Below are positions 30,315 through 32,000 of a DNA stretch of 32,000 nucleotides, piece after piece. The notes under the pieces were generated by a model. The model made no database searches, was not told where the DNA came from, and saw only the letters and a program-made list of their open reading frames with translations. The position numbers and the translations under genes were made by a program. The stretch's first letter is position 1; each line of letters begins with the position of its first letter. The stretch is from Methanothermobacter thermautotrophicus str. Delta H (GTDB taxonomy: Archaea; Methanobacteriota; Methanobacteria; Methanobacteriales; Methanothermobacteraceae). The stretch spans positions 750,001 to 782,000 of the forward strand of contig NC_000916.1 of the NCBI RefSeq assembly GCF_000008645.1. Reading direction: 5' to 3'.

Positions 30315-30889
30315 AGTACGCGCCATTATCCCGGGATGAAGGTAGAACTCTTGTTAAAATCGCGAGGATGGCCATAGAGGAGCACCTGCGTGGATCAAAA
30401 AACCTCAGACTCCCTGATGATCTCCCTGATGTTTTCAGGCAAAGAAGAGGAGTTTTCGTTACACTTGAGAAGAAAGGGAATCTGAGGGGATGTATAGGTT
30501 ATCCAGAACCGGTGAAACCCCTGATAGATGCCCTTATTGAGGCCGCCATATCTGCTGCGACAGGTGACCCCAGATTTCCCCCTGTTAAACCTGAGGAGCT
30601 CGATGATATAGATGTTGAGGTCAGTGTACTGACACCACCGGAGCCCCTTGAGGTTGAAAGCCCGGCAGATTACCCCAGCCTCATAAGGGTCGGTGTCGAC
30701 GGTCTGATCGTTGAGAGGGGATGGGCCAGGGGACTTCTCCTTCCACAGGTCGCCACGGAGTGGGGCTGGGACGCTGAGGAGTTCCTCTGCAACACATGTA
30801 TGAAGGCGGGTCTTCCGCCAGACTGCTTCTATGACCCTGAAACCAGAGTCTACAGGTTCCAGGCCCAGATATTCCATGAAGATGGTTAA
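30311..30889 (+). CDS. AMMECR1-domain protein
   Basis: 192 aa; [46 protein letters not shown] is the AMMECR1 core motif (LRGCIG). ATGA overlap with tldD. Confidence 0.92.
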   Translation: MKYAPLSRDEGRTLVKIARMAIEEHLRGSKNLRLPDDLPDVFRQRRGVFVTLEKKGNLRGCIGYPEPVKPLIDALIEAAISAATGDPRFPPVKPEELDDIDVEVSVLTPPEPLEVESPADYPSLIRVGVDGLIVERGWARGLLLPQVATEWGWDAEEFLCNTCMKAGLPPDCFYDPETRVYRFQAQIFHEDG

Positions 30890-30990
30890 AGTTCATGCTG
30901 AAGCTAACTGCTCATGAGGGGATTAAAGATATCTCCGCACATCAAGATAAATAGATCCACAGAAGTTACAGGTTTAATGAGAGTGATTTT

Positions 30991-32000
30991 ATGATCATAC
31001 CCACAGTTCCAACAACAGATGAACTTCTTGATAAGGGATTCCGGAGGGCCAGGAAGGCCGCGTCCCTTAAACGGAGTTCAAAGATTCCTGGCCAGAAGAA
31101 GGCCAAGGTTATTGAGTCAACACGTGTCCAGACAGCATGTCAGGTCATAAGGGACCGGTTGAAGATGATAATCCAGAGAATACCTGATATAGAGTCCCTT
31201 CCAGAGTTCTACCAGGACTATATAGACGTGACCGTGGGGGTCGATGAACTCAAAAAATCCCTCGGGGCACTTAACTGGGCTGTTGGAATACTTAACCAGC
31301 TGGAATCTGATTACATGGCCCGTATAAAACGTTCAAAACCGTCTGATGCATCCCATCTGAGGCGGGAGGCCTTCGGCAGGATATCATCAGTGATAAAGAG
31401 GATCGAGGGCGACCTTGATTTTCTTGACTTTGCAAAGAATAAGTTGAGAAACATGCCCACAGTGGACCTTGACGCCTTCACGGTCGTTATAGCAGGCTTC
31501 CCCAACGTTGGAAAATCCACACTCCTCAGGACCCTCACCGGTGCAGAGCCTGAGGTGGCAGATTACCCCTTCACCACCAAGGGGATCCAGATAGGTCACC
31601 TTGAGCGGAAATGGAAGAGGATACAGGTTATAGACACACCGGGGCTCCTGGACAGACCGGTTGAGGATATGAACAACATAGAACTCCAGGCCATGGTTGC
31701 CCTTGAGAACATAGCAGATGTGATAATGTTCATCTTTGACGCCTCTGAAACATGTGGATACACCCTTGAAAGCCAGTACAGCCTTTACCTCGGCATAAGG
31801 AGCGTCTTTGACATCCCTGTGGTCACGGTCTTCAACAAGATGGATCTTGCAGAAAATGTTAAGTATCTGGAAGAATATATTAATATGGTTGAAGATCCAC
31901 TGAAAGTTTCTGCATTCGAGGGCAGAGGGGTCTCCAAGATAATAAAAAAACTGGAGGGGTTATATGAAAAAGAAACTCGAGAAGCCCATGACAATGTTTG
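30991..32000 (+). CDS. NOG1-like GTP-binding protein, 3' end outside window
   Basis: ATG 30991: [25 protein letters not shown]...; G1 [10 protein letters not shown]3 [22 protein letters not shown]4 TVFNKMD; open to the window end. Confidence 0.92.
   Translation, partial: MIIPTVPTTDELLDKGFRRARKAASLKRSSKIPGQKKAKVIESTRVQTACQVIRDRLKMIIQRIPDIESLPEFYQDYIDVTVGVDELKKSLGALNWAVGILNQLESDYMARIKRSKPSDASHLRREAFGRISSVIKRIEGDLDFLDFAKNKLRNMPTVDLDAFTVVIAGFPNVGKSTLLRTLTGAEPEVADYPFTTKGIQIGHLERKWKRIQVIDTPGLLDRPVEDMNNIELQAMVALENIADVIMFIFDASETCGYTLESQYSLYLGIRSVFDIPVVTVFNKMDLAENVKYLEEYINMVEDPLKVSAFEGRGVSKIIKKLEGLYEKETREAHDNV

Overview
The window looks like chromosome of a pseudomurein-walled methanogen, most likely a Methanothermobacter (inferred from gene content, not from a database search). 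It is dense with core genes: a tRNA methylthiotransferase, pcm, a LeuD-type small subunit, RFAP synthase (methanopterin), a Tes/MJ0619-like radical SAM enzyme divergent from CarS, MfnF and MfnD (methanofuran), WecB/WecC (UDP-ManNAc/ManNAcA), TruA, HisA, RibL, ArgC, flavodoxin, SecF/SecD, PyrI, the two-protein homocysteine-biosynthesis set (NIL-ferredoxin and DUF39-CBS), TldD, AMMECR1 and a NOG1-like GTPase. I found no CRISPR array, tRNA, rRNA or obvious mobile element. Most worth a second look: (1) apparent single-base frameshifts splitting a DUF460 protein and cutting off the first TM segment of SecF; (2) a TrkA_C/RCK_C-like C-terminal extension on WecB; (3) a secreted transglutaminase-fold protein resembling phage pseudomurein endoisopeptidases, with a Tyr/Lys/Arg-rich linker and mutually exclusive hairpins over its start codon; (4) direct repeats and a strong hairpin in the intergenic region upstream of argC; (5) a 28-bp duplication of the pyrI/next-gene junction that creates a 19-codon ORF; (6) a candidate cell-wall set: the transglutaminase, a PMBR/CWB2-like protein and two secreted aspartoacylase-like hydrolases; (7) four TGAAC half-sites arranged as two inverted repeats in the promoter region of the homocysteine genes.
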